Notes: generated from the letters alone by a model not told the origin. DNA of 59,623 bases, filler included, from Porpidia crustulata (GCA_964255105.1; 11 parts of 11 records of this genome joined end to end with filler, not necessarily neighbours in it), one strand, 5' to 3'. Shown: positions 25,268 to 37,954, counted from the first letter of the whole stretch. Made by a program: numbers and translations.

Positions 25268-27099
25268 ATGCGCCGTTTCAACAAGCACATTACAAGGCAG
25301 TATGAAAGAGACAAGAAAATGGCGGAAGCATTGAGACGCGGTAATGATGAGTCGGGCTTCGATTCTCTCTCTATTTCTCCTTCAACAACAGCCAATCCGT
25401 CTCCAGCATCTTCAGATGAGACGATCGACACTCGGGACCCAGAAAAGGGCGAAGGATCCACTGGCGGTGAGCTAGAATATGTCCCAGTATCGGTTTATCC
25501 GTCTCCTGCAGAGGAGACTATGGCAGACGAAGAAAATCCGGAAGGACTCCCTTCTCAGATGAGCAGGGTATCAACTGTTACGACACAGAGAACAACGGGG
25601 ACGGCTCTTGGGATAACTTTGACGGGTATCAATGTGCGAGATCGGACAACCAGAGAAGGCGGCGAAAAGGGAAGGGTATTCGTTGTGGGATATGAGGGGG
25701 AACATGATGATATGAATCCTCACAATTGGTCCTTCGCAACCAGACTGCGGGCAACGTATACCTCTCCCACCCAGTAAAATAACCCACTCTGACTTTTGTA
25801 GAATCATCGTGGGGACAATTGGTTGGGTCGTTGGTTTCGCTTCAAGTATCGACTCCGCCGCTCTTCCACAGGCGGCCAAAGAGTTCGGAGTCAGCGAGGT
25901 CACCGAATCCCTCGCCACCGGCCTTTTCCTCATTGGATTCGGATCAGGCGCTCTCTTCGCCGGCCCCATTTCCGAAACGGTGGGCCGAAATCCCGTCTAC
26001 ATTACCACCCTCTCCCTTTACATATTGTTCATCATGGCATCTGCCCTCGCTCCCAACATTGGCGCGCAACTGGCCTTTCGCTTTCTCGCAGGGTTTTTTG
26101 GCTCCACACCCTTGACCTGCGCCGGTGGATCCATTTCCGACCTCTGGAGCCCCATGGAACGCACGTATATGTTCCCGGTCTTCGCCAACGCCGCGTTCAT
26201 GGGCCCCATCTTCGGACCGATCGTCGGTGGATTCATCGCCGAATCCTCGCTCGTTTCCTGGCGCTGGACCGAATGGGTGACGTTGATCATCTCCGGCCTC
26301 GTACTCTCCCTCGTCGTACTCTTCCAACCGGAAACCTACGCCCCCATCCTCTTGAAATGGAAAGCAGCCCACCTGCGCGAACTCACCGGCGACTCCCGCT
26401 ACCGCGCCGAAGTCGAAATCCGCGACGAATCCTTCCCGCGCCGCCTCCGCATCGCTCTCTACCGCCCCTTCCTCCTCACCTTCAGCGAACCCATCATCAT
26501 GCTCACCGCCCTCTACCTTACCGTCATCTACATCATCCTCTTCACCTTCCTCGACGGCTACACCGCCATCTTCACCGCCACCTACGGCTTCTCCCAAGGC
26601 ACCACCGGCCTCGCCTTCCTCGGCATCGGCGCTGGCCTCTGCCTCGCCTCCCTCCTCGTCCCCTTCATCTACCGCCGCGCCCGCCGCGACCTCGCCCGCA
26701 TCCGCGCATCCGGCGGCCACCGCCTCCCGCCCGAATCCCGCCTCTGGTTCGCCATGCTCGGCGCGCCCGCCATCCCCGTCTCCCTGCTCTGGATGGGCTG
26801 GACCGCCCGCCTGGACGTCTCGCCCTGGTCGCCCTTGCTCGCCTCGGTGCTCTTTGGCTATGGTATCCTGTGCGTTTTCATTAGCAGCTATTAGTATATC
26901 ATTGATAGCTATGAGTCGTTCGCCGCTAGCGCGCTCGCGAGCGTGACGCTGATCCGGTATGTGGCCGGGGGGGGGATGGTGGAGGTGGGGATTCCGTTTT
27001 ATAAGAATGTGGGCGTGCCGTGGACGGTGACGGGTTTGGGGATCATCAGTGCGTTGTGCGTGCCGGTGCCGTATTTGTTTTTTGCGTACGGGGTGAGGT
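25268..27099 (+). CDS. MFS drug:H+ antiporter (DHA1 family) with an in-frame TAG at 26892-26894; possibly a pseudogene; 3' end cut
   Basis: Motifs NPHNWS, GPISETVGRNPVY, RFLAGFFGS, PETYAP, LYRPF..EPI and PPESRL. After the TAG the same frame continues YIIDSYESFAASALASVTLIRY. Confidence 0.9.
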
Positions 27100-27199
27100 N
27101 NNNNNNNNNNNNNNNNNNNNNNNNNNNNNNNNNNNNNNNNNNNTTAATTAATTAANNNNNNNNNNNNNNNNNNNNNNNNNNNNNNNNNNNNNNNNNNNN
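27100..27199. other. Artificial contig spacer
   Basis: N44-TTAATTAATTAA-N44. Confidence 0.99.
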
Positions 27200-27546
27200 T
27201 CGTTGAGGATGAGGACGTAGTGGGAGTCCATAGCTTCGTATCCGGGAATCTTGCTGGTGGCGTTGGGGATGTAGTGGAGGATTTCTCCAGGCAGTATTAT
27301 CTCTGGCATACAACCTTCCGGACAAGTGACTCCATGTGCTCCTCTGGTACTGCTTTTGGAGACAGATGTGAGGCTCCTTCTAAGTGGCCTGTCTCCCGTC
27401 CATTGGCGTATTGGGTTCGGTGCTCGTGGGCTCGAGTTTGTACCGTGGCGCACTTTAGTCCAGGTATTATTCGTGTCGCTTCTCCACTGATCTGTCGGAG
27501 GGAGCCCAATGGGCGCCGCACTTGCCCTGCGGAGTACTGAGGTCAT
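27200..27546 (-). CDS. Hypothetical protein, 5' part, cut by contig end
   Basis: ATG-initiated open frame to the contig edge; a disordered N-terminus, then PGEILHYIP...HYVLIL. Confidence 0.4.
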
Positions 27547-28579
27547 GATAGTATCAAAAACTAGACTTTCAGGCCTTCTCGGAAAAATTCGAAGTACGAG
27601 AATGGGAGTGAAGAAGGGAACCAGTTGTTACAAGCTTCGGACCAGATCTAAAGACAAGTGGTGGCTCATAAATCGTAGGTCTGTGCTGTGATATTCGAAA
27701 AAAAGGTGGCCGTAATGGAAATATAACGGTATTCGATTTATTGTCATTGAACATCAAGGCCTAGGCCTCAAAGTCGGTAGCCTAGACAATTCGAAAGATA
27801 GTTCCATTGTGCTCGAACATAAGAAGCAGGTACGGAACAATGGACAAAGCCGAGAAGATTCTCTGCCAATCTCTGTTATAGACAATGCCATTGTTACTCA
27901 TGTCCTTGTAAAGAAATAATACAGAGAAGTGCACGAACCAGTGTTTGTATGAGCTAACGAATGGGAAGCCATTTGCCTTCGGTTTTCAACGAAAATCTCT
28001 TGGACATCTGCTACCAAATCACCATTAAAGTAATCGTACCCCGTAAGTGGCTCATAGCAATAATTCGGCTTAGCGAGATGGGTGGTATTCTTCAGCCCCT
28101 GAACGCCAGCGCTGTACGACTTTCGAAACATGCACTTAAGAGTATCTGCTCTTCGTTTATGTCTCTCAACCCAACGCTTGGCCTGAGAGCGCTAAAAAAA
28201 GTCTGAAGAAGAGCCAGTGGGCGGATGATCTCTTGAAAAACGCGTTGCTGCTCTGCGTTTGGATCGCTTTCAACAGCGAATCGAACAACATTACAGCCAG
28301 CTTGACTCGCGCACTCATCTAGTACAAAGCCGGAGACAAATGACTTGAGCGAAATCAACAGTGATTGCATTATCATCGAGTATAACTAAGAAAAATTGAA
28401 AACATGAGAATTAGACGATAATTTTCTTTGAGCTTTTGCGAACAAAGGAGCATGACAATGGCTTTCAGCTTTCGCGAAACTTCGAGTAGAAAAGCCATCG
28501 ACTTTCTCGAAAGTATTATATCAGTCTCAGGAACAGAAAGCCTAGTATATACTTTATAGACATTATTCAAGTCAGCAAC

Positions 28580-29197
28580 ATGTGTCGAGCCATTAAAATT
28601 ATATACAGTCGTTGTCTTCACTTACACCACTACGAAGCTGTTCAACCATGCAGAGTCGGCTTCGAAAGGGGCAAGCCAGGCACATGTGTCGCGACACACA
28701 AAGCGCCTAGGGATATAAGCGATACTTGCGGCCTCGAAGAACGACCTTACTGTGCAGCCTGTCTTGCAAAACCTTTTGAGAGGCAGCTCCGGATCGCCTA
28801 TGCCAGGAAAGAGGAAGACCTTATCAAAGAAGCCAAAGGGTGTGGCGTGAGCTATGTCAACATCTACCCGAATATTCAGCGACTAAGAAAGAGCATGGCG
28901 CAGGATATCAACAAAATGAAGGCAAGCAAAGCAAAGGCCGAGATCGACTGGACAAACCATACGAAGACGACATGGACAGAAGGGATAGAAGAAGTCCTGT
29001 GGGACTCTGAGATCTCAGCGGCTATTGTACTTCATAAATCTGGTGAAGTGACGACATGGAAAGAGAACGAATGGTGCTCGGACGGCACCGCACTCAGAGC
29101 ATGGCTCGGAGAAGGGTTTGTCGACTTAGAGACTCCGGATGACTGGAAAGACATTTCAGATAGAAGAACAGCTCACAGAACGAACAAGGATATATGA
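28580..29197 (+). CDS. Hypothetical protein with an N-terminal Cys/His (putative Zn-binding) motif
   Basis: 205-aa intronless ORF beginning MC-x6-Y-x2-C-x-H...C...C...C...CxxC, a pattern common in small fungal proteins. Confidence 0.55.
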   Translation: MCRAIKIIYSRCLHLHHYEAVQPCRVGFERGKPGTCVATHKAPRDISDTCGLEERPYCAACLAKPFERQLRIAYARKEEDLIKEAKGCGVSYVNIYPNIQRLRKSMAQDINKMKASKAKAEIDWTNHTKTTWTEGIEEVLWDSEISAAIVLHKSGEVTTWKENEWCSDGTALRAWLGEGFVDLETPDDWKDISDRRTAHRTNKDI

Positions 29198-29568
29198 ATA
29201 CAAGCTATCAGATAAACCCACAATAGAAAGTAGATGATTCCTGATACAAATGGTTTAAAGTTGAGGAACAGGTGAAAGTAAAATTGGAAATTTGGATGAA
29301 AGAAAGGTGAAAAATTGTGAAACAGCCTGTCACGTGTCAAGGGATCTAGCCTAAGGTACCGTTGCGGGCCGAGGCCCGATAAGGCGCGGGAAGTTATCTT
29401 GCGTTTGATGATTTACCCCGTCTTCCCTGACCCTTATGCTGTATATCCACCGAACGAGCGCCCGTGAGAGGCCCAACTGTCAGATCTCATGTAACTCTCT
29501 TCGATTCAGCCTTGTAGCCTTTCAAACCCATCCAAGCCTCTAATTCATCAACCAATCTTCAACACATC

Positions 29569-30283
29569 ATGGCAGCTCCCGCGGAAAAGACCATCAAAGA
29601 CCTCAATGGCGTATGGGTTATGGTAGCGCAACCCAATGCCTTCAGCCTTACTTGCGCTGACGGTGCCTAGAATAAAACTCTCTCCGACGATGTCGACGAA
29701 ATCCTCCAAATTGTACGTCCCCCAATCCCTACCTTCCTCTGGCACTCCTGCTGACCTACCTCCCCCGTCCAGCAAAACATCGGCTGGTTCCTCCGCAAAG
29801 CCATCCGCCTTGCCACGGTCACCCTCACCATATCCCAGTACATCGACGACAAAGACTTCACCCACATTGACATCCAACAAGTTGCGACGGGGGGCATATC
29901 CAAGACCGAGGAACTGCGCACCCTGAACTGGCAATTCAGCGACCACTCGGACGGCGTTTTTGGGAATGTGAAAGGCCGTAGTAGGTGGGTGAAAGTGGAG
30001 GATGTGGAAGGCGAGGATTTCTTGAGGGAGGGATGGGATGAGCAGGGGGAGAAGGTGCATAGCTGGGTGGTGAGTGAGGAGAATCAGTGGACAGCTGAGC
30101 AAGTGAGTTGAGGTCGATGTAATTCATTGGTGACGTGTGCTGACAGGTAGATCGTAGATCTGGGGCTTTCAGGTGTTCGACGGGAAGAGATACCACTCTC
30201 GGCATCTTATCGTGCGCTCGACAAAGGACAAGGACCAGTGGAAGATGGCGAAGCTGGTATACGATTACAAAGGGTCCGAATGA
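29569..30283 (+). CDS. Small beta-barrel (calycin/lipocalin-like) fungal protein, often annotated 'LCCL domain-containing' (exons 29569-29622, 29671-29712, 29773-30102, 30158-30283)
   Basis: Spliced product: MAAPAEKTIKDLNGVWVMNKTLSDD...IGWFLRKAI...WTAEQIWGF...RYHSR...LVYDY. Not visible in the ORF track. Confidence 0.85.
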
Positions 30284-30681
30284 GGCTGTCTGGTAGACCG
30301 GAGGGTAGACCTCTTGATGGACAAAATATTTGTAAGAGCGCGGTTGGCAATTCGCTTGATGCATTTGAATATTATGAAAGACGGGAGACGTGGTTATGTG
30401 TGACGGGATATAACACCTTGCTTATTTCATGTACTCCGACAACTGAGAATTATTCATCGTGGACATTGACTTCCATTAAGCATCCGATTCCAGGCTCAAT
30501 CGCACAATCAGGGGTTGTGAAAACTATAGCCGTATAAAGTACTGGTTCGATGTTGTCTGCGACGACACTCATCTGTATATCATGTGCGTTCATCCGATAT
30601 GTAATTTCCGTGCAATATTCTCATACGAGCGGACCCTGGTTTCCTTTCAAGATGTCTTCGATTGTTGACAATTGATATTCC

Positions 30682-32155
30682 TTACAAGTCTAGTCTTTGC
30701 ATACGATCCTCGAGCTCCTTCACCCACGACTCTACCGTTTTTGTATTAGCATTTATCGTCTTCTCTCCTTGCTCCACTGCCTCCTCCACCTTCATTAAGC
30801 CTTTCGTCCAGCCCTTGATCTCGTCGAGCATAGCTTCTTGACGAGCTTCTACCTTTGCCAGGTTTTGACCCGCGGTTGCCGCGTCAGCGTGTATGTAGCG
30901 CAAAGATCTCAACCGATCCAGGAGAGACGGCAAGAGAGGGGAGAGTGATTCTATCGTAGAAAGGGTACCATAGAGCGCGTTGATCTTTGAGGTCTGTTCA
31001 TGATGATCAACTACTTTCTCGCTTGTGGCTTCTTCGACCATGCTGGGATCATTCCTCAACGCTGGCGGAATTCTGTAGATCAGTTCGTCTTGGGCAGCCT
31101 TTGCGGATTTGCGAGCTTCGTCCAGCTTTTCGGCGTCCTCAGTTAACTGCCTCATCCTACGACTAAGCGATTCCAAAGAAAGCTCTGTAGAGGATGAAAG
31201 TGTGGCTATTTGCTTATCCAAAGTGTTCAAAGTCGGGATCACCACTGCGGTAGGCGAAGCGTCTTGAGTAGGTAGCGGGATGGTTTCCACCCCTAATACT
31301 GTCTCTAGCATGGTCAGGCGAGCGTCGAAGTCTGCCACCTTAGCAAGCGTGTTATCATGTTGATGAGCTAGGGGATGAGTCATCGTATAGGTAGATTTCT
31401 GTTGTGTTTTATTGTCTAATTCAGCTGTACCACCGTTCGCTGAGTTTTCATAAGTTCTGGAAGCCTTTTCAAGCTGGTTCGTCAACCGACTTGCGGCACC
31501 ACTGTAATCATTATCTCCGGCCGCATTAATATCGCCCAGCAGTCGGCCCAAAATCTCCAGAGAGGCCTCTGCTTCAGATGGCTTTGGGTTCGAGTCATCT
31601 TGGTTACCAGCGTTTCTCCTCTCACATTCCCCCTTTACCTCAGCCACCTCCTGGCGTAGTCTACTGATTTTTCGTTCCAGGCTCTCGTCTTCTCCATCGC
31701 TCAAGTCTTCTGAGTCCCCAACAAGTCCAAAGGTTTTCTGTCTAGTTTTACGAGAAGCTTGGTAGGATTTCCGTTTACTAGATATCCAACTCGTTCTTAC
31801 GTGTCCTCTTTGGGCATCAGAAGCTAAGAAATGGGTGCGAGCTTCGTCCGGATCAAGTCGCTGGCGACTTATGCCAGTAGTTTCATTGTCATTTGGGTCA
31901 TTATAGGAAGATGCGGCGGACTCAGAACGAGCGGTAGTTGATGTCTAAGTATTTCATAAATCCGAGAAGCCTTGTCTAGGAGCTCATTCACCTACTGGTA
32001 GAGTTGACGTATCATCTGTGAGCTCTGGAGTCTCGTAAATATCTGGGGCTGGATCCTAAAAATGCTAAGCTGGAGTTGAAACCAGGCAACTTCACGGAAT
32101 AAGGTATGTGACATACAAGGTCTGGTAACGCAGCGTATTTTCGATCGCTGGTCAT
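30682..32155 (-). CDS. Dynactin subunit 2 (dynamitin/p50), 3 exons
   Basis: N-terminal KYAALPDL-DPAPDIYETPEL, ESLERKISRLRQEV, LPSLLDRLRSLRYIHADA and coiled coils. Confidence 0.88.
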
Positions 32156-32532
32156 TCTTACTGCACAAATTCTATGGGGTACAGAATGAACACTGTCACG
32201 ATAGCTCGACTATCAACGATGACTTATGCGATTCTGAATGACCTGGACTTCGAATGCACGCAAAACATCAGGACGTTGTGATATCTCTGCAATATTTCGT
32301 ATTGATCTACAATGGACGATATTCAAGTAAAATACACACTGGTGAGATCAAAACAGGACAGTGTACTTAGGGTTAGGGCTTCTTCACATTTCTGAACTAT
32401 CATATTACACACTAATTTATGATACATGTCAAAATTACCTACCTACTCCCATTATTCACATTCACCCACCCCCCCAGACCCCCACAACACAACCAAACAT
32501 ATTTATAGGTGAACGCGAGGAAAAATATAATT

Positions 32533-32632
32533 NNNNNNNNNNNNNNNNNNNNNNNNNNNNNNNNNNNNNNNNNNNNTTAATTAATTAANNNNNNNNNNNN
32601 NNNNNNNNNNNNNNNNNNNNNNNNNNNNNNNN
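32533..32632. other. Artificial contig spacer
   Basis: N44-TTAATTAATTAA-N44. Confidence 0.99.
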
Positions 32633-34810
32633 CATCTGAGGAGGAACAAGGGGATGGAAAGGCAAGTTACGGGTTGCAGAGCTACCTACCTAGATATGAA
32701 AAAAAATACTTTCACTGCACCAACCAGGAACTCCCGTGTGTGTGAAATTAAACACGGGGTTGTTTAATAAACTACATGAAAATTTCAATTGGAGCAGAGG
32801 TTTATAGGAGAGAATACACGAACCGGATGGCTTAGATTAGGATGGGCGCGCACGCGATGGAGAAGGTGGATTGGAGATGTGTCGGAGTAAGCAAGACTAG
32901 AAGTAGATAGGTTAGTACTCAATGGAAGATTCTGGGGAACGGGAAGCGGGTTAGGTGCCTTTCCACGGTCTACGGGCTTGCGAGAGGAGTGCGATGGAGG
33001 GGTGGGTGGTGCGTGGCGGGTGGAACGATATGACGAGTGCAGTGAAGGCACTGTCGTGCGAAGATTTATTATATCTCATTTTTTTCATCGTATGTAGCCG
33101 CCAAACAATGACCGGAAGATGGGCCTAAGAGTCTGACTAGGCGTAGTCCGGGATAGCGCCAAAACCCGAATCTGCGGCACGGGGGCATGGAAGGTTTAGT
33201 GTCTTGTAAGGTAGTTGTGGGACATGGAAGGTCTACTCGTGGTGCCTCGTAGCTCTGGCACTCGGAAGGCTTACTCGTACTCTAGTATCTTGTAGCTTTG
33301 ACACTTGTCGAGTCGGTCTCTAACCGTGCCGCACTCTGTTTCAACAACAGCCGATGAAGCGTGAGCGGTGAGCAAAACGAGAGAAACGGCAGGGCGGGAC
33401 GACAAAAGGGTCGTTTGCAATACGGAATCAAGGTCATTGGTCTCTATCAGCTGGGGCTGGGGGGCTAATTGTCGCCCGTCAGATGGAGAAGGGAAACTTG
33501 AAGAGTGGTGCGGATGACTTGGGATAGAGCGGATCAAGAAGCAACTCAGAAGAGGTATTCGACAGTCGGCACAATTTCATCATTGAAGAGTATAGAGAGG
33601 TTCACTGCATAGCTAGTTGCCAATGTTGTCGATCTGTAAAGTCGAGCAATGTTCAGCGAGGTCCATGATTGATGGATTAATAAATGAGAGACTGATAGTG
33701 TGACAGGTGTGTGGTGGTGGGAGTGGTCAGGGTCCATAATCTAGAGTCAGTTGAAGTCACGTGAATACGCTAGAGCACTTTGATATCAGGCTAGACACGC
33801 ACACACGTTCTTCTAGCGCAGCCAACTTGTGGTGTTTCACCAACAATGGAGGCAGAGAGGGAACTGTCAAGAATTCGCCGACGATCCTCAGGAACTCGCC
33901 TGTCTTGGGCGATCAAAATTAACGGGTGTGGGGGGACAGCGATAGGATCAGCTCTCTCGTGTGATAATCGGTACCTCTTTTCTCAGCTTCTATATTCGGC
34001 TACAGCAAGTCATTGTGCGTCTGCATTCACTCAACTATCGCGCAAGCAATGAGCATGCGATAACATGATTGATCGGTGATAACTACGACCAACGTCATAC
34101 CTTGATCCATCCCCATTGATACTTAATACTACCGAACATTCCCAGATTCCCAATGTCAAGCAAAATAGTAGACCCCACAGATGCACTGAAGCGCCTGCAA
34201 TCATTGTTTGGACGGCTTTCGGAAGAAGGAGCATTTGGCGGATGTAGGCATGAGGGCAGCAGATGGAAACCGCTGAACGTGCCTCATGCCTACAGCCTCA
34301 CCTATGATTGACCGTGCAATTCGTTGATTTTCTAGTCGCCATGTTTCAGCACACGCTATCAGACTTAGAGGCTGTTTATCTGTTACGTAGCCGCAACTAA
34401 CACGCATACGTAGGGTTTGCACCCGTCTGCACGGCTATGGTATTAAACCTACTGATCCAAGGTTTTTGCCTAGAGTCATCTGGACCTTGGATATGGTACG
34501 CAATATTTACTCGCATTTTCCCGTGGGGAGTTCATTATTGGCACTACCCGAAAATGAAACGCCCCCAACGGCTACGGGAAGTCAGAAGTTTGCTTTGGCG
34601 TTGATATGATTCACTCCCTCTGTGGGGTACTCCTGCCCTTTTCAGCTGTATGTAAAGGATGTGCCCCCGCCTTGGGAATATTGCGGGATTCTCCCTCTTT
34701 TGTGCTCTCTCTTTTACCTCAATTCTTGCGCCCCCCCAAACTTTTCTTTCCCTCATACGCTCTCTGTTGTATCTTGATCTTTCAATTGCAAGAATTAGAG
34801 GTCACACAAG

Positions 34811-36246
34811 ATGTCCCTGCTGTTCTATAGACGTCCCGATTATGTCCGAGATACTGGACCCATGGATAGTTCCGACTACCTCAAGTATGTCGAGAAGTGC
34901 AGAAGAGCCATTCCTCCGGAGCTATGTTTCGACAATGTTGTTGCCAACAGAGCAATGCCGGTAAGTTCTAAACCATTTTCCATCTCGGGCATTATAGCTA
35001 ATCCCATTAGCCGTGTTCCCTCGAAGACTTTGTGGGTTATGTGACGAATGTCTCGCATGACGCCGAGAATCTACAATTCTATCTTTGGCTTCAAGATTAC
35101 AAACGTCGCTTCTATGCATCATCAGGTCGCGAGCAAGCACTGTCTCCCCCGTGGGATGAAGAATCTATGCCACAGCCATATGGAATGTCGATAGACCCAA
35201 ATCTACGACAATCTGAGAAATCACTGGGAAAGAACATGGACTATCAGATCAACTTTGACAGCAAGGACATACCACTCTCGCATACGTCGAATAAAAAATC
35301 ATCATTGAACAGCAAAACCTCTCTCGACTATGCAAATGCTCAGACGGGTCTCAAATGGAACGGCTGTAGGTAACCCCGGATGATTGCTGATCTGTCTAAC
35401 AAAACTAGTTACGATACAGCCATTCCGCACCGAGATAAATCGAGTGATTGCACAGTACATCGCACCTGGTGCTCCTCGAGAACTAAACCTCTCACACAAG
35501 AATCGCACAGCTTGCGTAAGTCATTCTCGACTCAAATATTTACACCAACTAACGTCATCAAGCTTCACGCACTCCAACACACAACCCATCCCTCTGCCTT
35601 CGCCATCCCGACCTCCATTGTTACTCGCTCCCTCCGAGACCACTCCCACCCAAACTTCATCCGCTGGTCTACTGTCAATGGTAATCAACCGCGGATGATC
35701 TTCGGCCGAGTCCTTGGCGCCACCAATATTCTCTTTGGCTTCGTCATTGCCATTCTACTCACACTGTCGTACAAATCTCGCTGGTGGCGAGTATTCGCGG
35801 CTCTGGCTTGGTTCCTAGGCTTTAGCTTCTTACTTGCCGGCTCTAACGGGATTTGCTTGGTATTGTATGTGACGCACGATCGCCATCTCCGACCTTGGGA
35901 ACAATACACTGCAGACGTTGAATCCAAATATTCAACAGACGACTCTGACCAAACCACACTTGCCGGCTCCGATGTTCTCAGCATGTCACATAACGGCACA
36001 AAAAAGCGACATGTCGCACTCGAAGCCTTTGGAACAGCGAATTCGTACGGTTCCGAGGTGTGGGTAGAGAAGTACCGCGCGAAGATGATGATTCGAAAGA
36101 TTTTCGACCGGACGGTATGGGTGCAGAATGAGAGCCTGAAGCTTATGCAGGATAAAGTCGCTTTGCAGGCGCTTATCTGGAGTGCCATTGTGACCGTGCC
36201 GTTGACAGTATTGTTTACGGCGTTGCCAAAGGGGCATTTTTACTAA
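34811..36246 (+). CDS. RGS-domain membrane protein with C-terminal TM helices (exons 34811-34960, 35011-35365, 35409-35515, 35563-36246)
   Basis: PPCSLEDF..Y...HDAENLQFYLW...Y..RF, QPFRTEINRV...GAPRELNLS, HTTHPSAF, then about 3 TM segments. Confidence 0.88.
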
Positions 36247-37624
36247 GTGGAGTCGTGTTCTTTCTCGCCTGGGATCGAGAAAAAGAAAACTCTAACGTAT
36301 ATTTCCAACATTGTCAATTTCCTATTATCAAGGCTTATGACGGCGGCACAATTTTGGCACTATTACTGTTTACAATATACCACATCTCGCAGGCGTTGGT
36401 TTTGGCATTGTCATTATACACGGCGTCAAGTAGATCAAGCGCCATTGAGCTTGCACAATGTCAAATATCCAGGTCGCCGGATCACGACTCGTGTTTCACA
36501 GTAGCGGCGGCCTGTGTCTGCACCACCTGCACTGTACTTCAAGGCCGCCAAAACCTCGACCGAGACGAAACATTCGCAGACGCATGAGACCTGTCATAGG
36601 CCCATGATGATTCAATCGTAACGTTATGACGCGAAACGAAAAGTTTACAAATCTTCAATTGAACGAAATGTTTACCTTGTTTCTTGTCGATAACGTCACG
36701 TGTACTCTAAGGGATTTCTTATCAAAACATTGAGCACAAACACGTTTTATTTCAGCGTCCATCTCAAACCGCCATCTCAAACTGTATTTTCTGCTATGCC
36801 GCGAGACGCGGGGGCGGATCTCTAACCGACCTTGAAGCGGTAATGCTTTGAATCTCTCTGCTACACTATCCAGCGAAACGTGTGTTGTTTCAATCGGTAC
36901 GGGAACTTTGATGAGATGACATCTACTTACATGTGAAGAGACGTTGTTTTCTTGATTTTGTACATTTTATCAATCGCTTGTGACTGTGTATGGTTCGGTA
37001 CACGAAATATGGAGCATGAATCGCAAGCAGTAGCTCTGCGGTGCTTGAGATGTTGTGAACAGCTAGTTGCTTGAGAGATCGGTTTTTGTTTGTTGCGGTA
37101 TTTGAATTTGAGAATTGCAGGATTTTTAATGGAAATCTGTAATGTTAACTCTTGTTTCGATTTCAATCTACTCAGTTCACTGGGAATAGAGATTTATATC
37201 TCATGAATCTAACATTGCAGAGACTCGCAAGCCTTCCCCGGGCTTATTTCGAATAGTTTATATGCTGCGAGGGAAAGGATCAAAAAAAAATTTATGGATA
37301 TTATTGATTTGTTCTTTTTTTTTTCTTTATCGTTTCAACTTGCTGAGGCGCTTGTTCCAGAAACACGAAACAATCAAGTTGTTCACACCCACCCAATCTC
37401 CCTACCATCACCCTTCCAACTCCCCTTCTCTTTCTTCCATCCATCCATCCCTCCTTCGACTGACGTTCCCATCAATGGCCCCGAGTTTTTCATTCATTCC
37501 CGGGCAGAAGCGATCCGCATCCGCCAATCGACGTGTGGGCGCCCATATTGGGGTACGAAACGCAGAGCTCTTGCGCGAGGAGTTTCTAAACTCTCGGGAG
37601 GAGTATACACGTAGAGCAGCGGCC

Positions 37625-37738
37625 GTTTCAAGCCAACCGAAAGGAGAAGCGAGGGGGATTTCGTATCAGTTTTCTCGACTCTTTTCTTTCTTCTTTCAAG
37701 GGAGGTTGTTTCAAGCCAACCGAAAGTGAAGCGAGGGG
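37625..37738 (+). repeat. Short direct repeat, two copies 83 bp apart
   Basis: GTTTCAAGCCAACCGAAAG at 37625 and 37708, each followed by GAAGCGAGGGG. Confidence 0.85.
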
Positions 37739-37954
37739 TTTTGCATATATAAGTTTCGGAGATTCCGTCTCTTTTTTAACTCATTCTTTTTGTTCATCGT
37801 TGTTTATTGTTTATCCTCGCTGTCGTCGCGGACAAGGAAAACCGCCATCGGTTCAGCACATTTTTCTTTCGAACCCATCAACCCCGGTCTATCCTAATTA
37901 TAACCAACAACCACAACCAACAACCACAACCACCAACACCCTCTCTTCACCCTC

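Noticed and set aside
25823..26884. 353-aa His/Arg/Pro-rich ORF overlapping the MFS gene, plus antisense ORF 25944-26720
   Set aside because: Shadow frames caused by the extreme C bias at third codon positions of the real gene; no independent coding signal.
26892..26894. Genome-wide UAG reassignment to Gln
   Set aside because: TAG terminates other well-supported genes in the window (8196-8198, 24658-24660).
6347..27099. Apparent secondary-metabolite-like cluster (C6 factor, oxidoreductase, methyltransferase, MFS)
   Set aside because: The genes lie on different contigs, there is no PKS/NRPS/terpene core, and the methyltransferase is a protein-lysine type.
27800..28560. Short minus-strand ORFs that might be a decayed gene
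   Set aside because: Could not be joined into a coherent model or assigned to a family.
32633..34800. 2.2-kb region with short ORFs, a small CCCGTGT/ACACGGG hairpin (32733-32758) and loose C/D-box-like words
   Set aside because: No convincing coding, tRNA or snoRNA structure; treated as intergenic or UTR.
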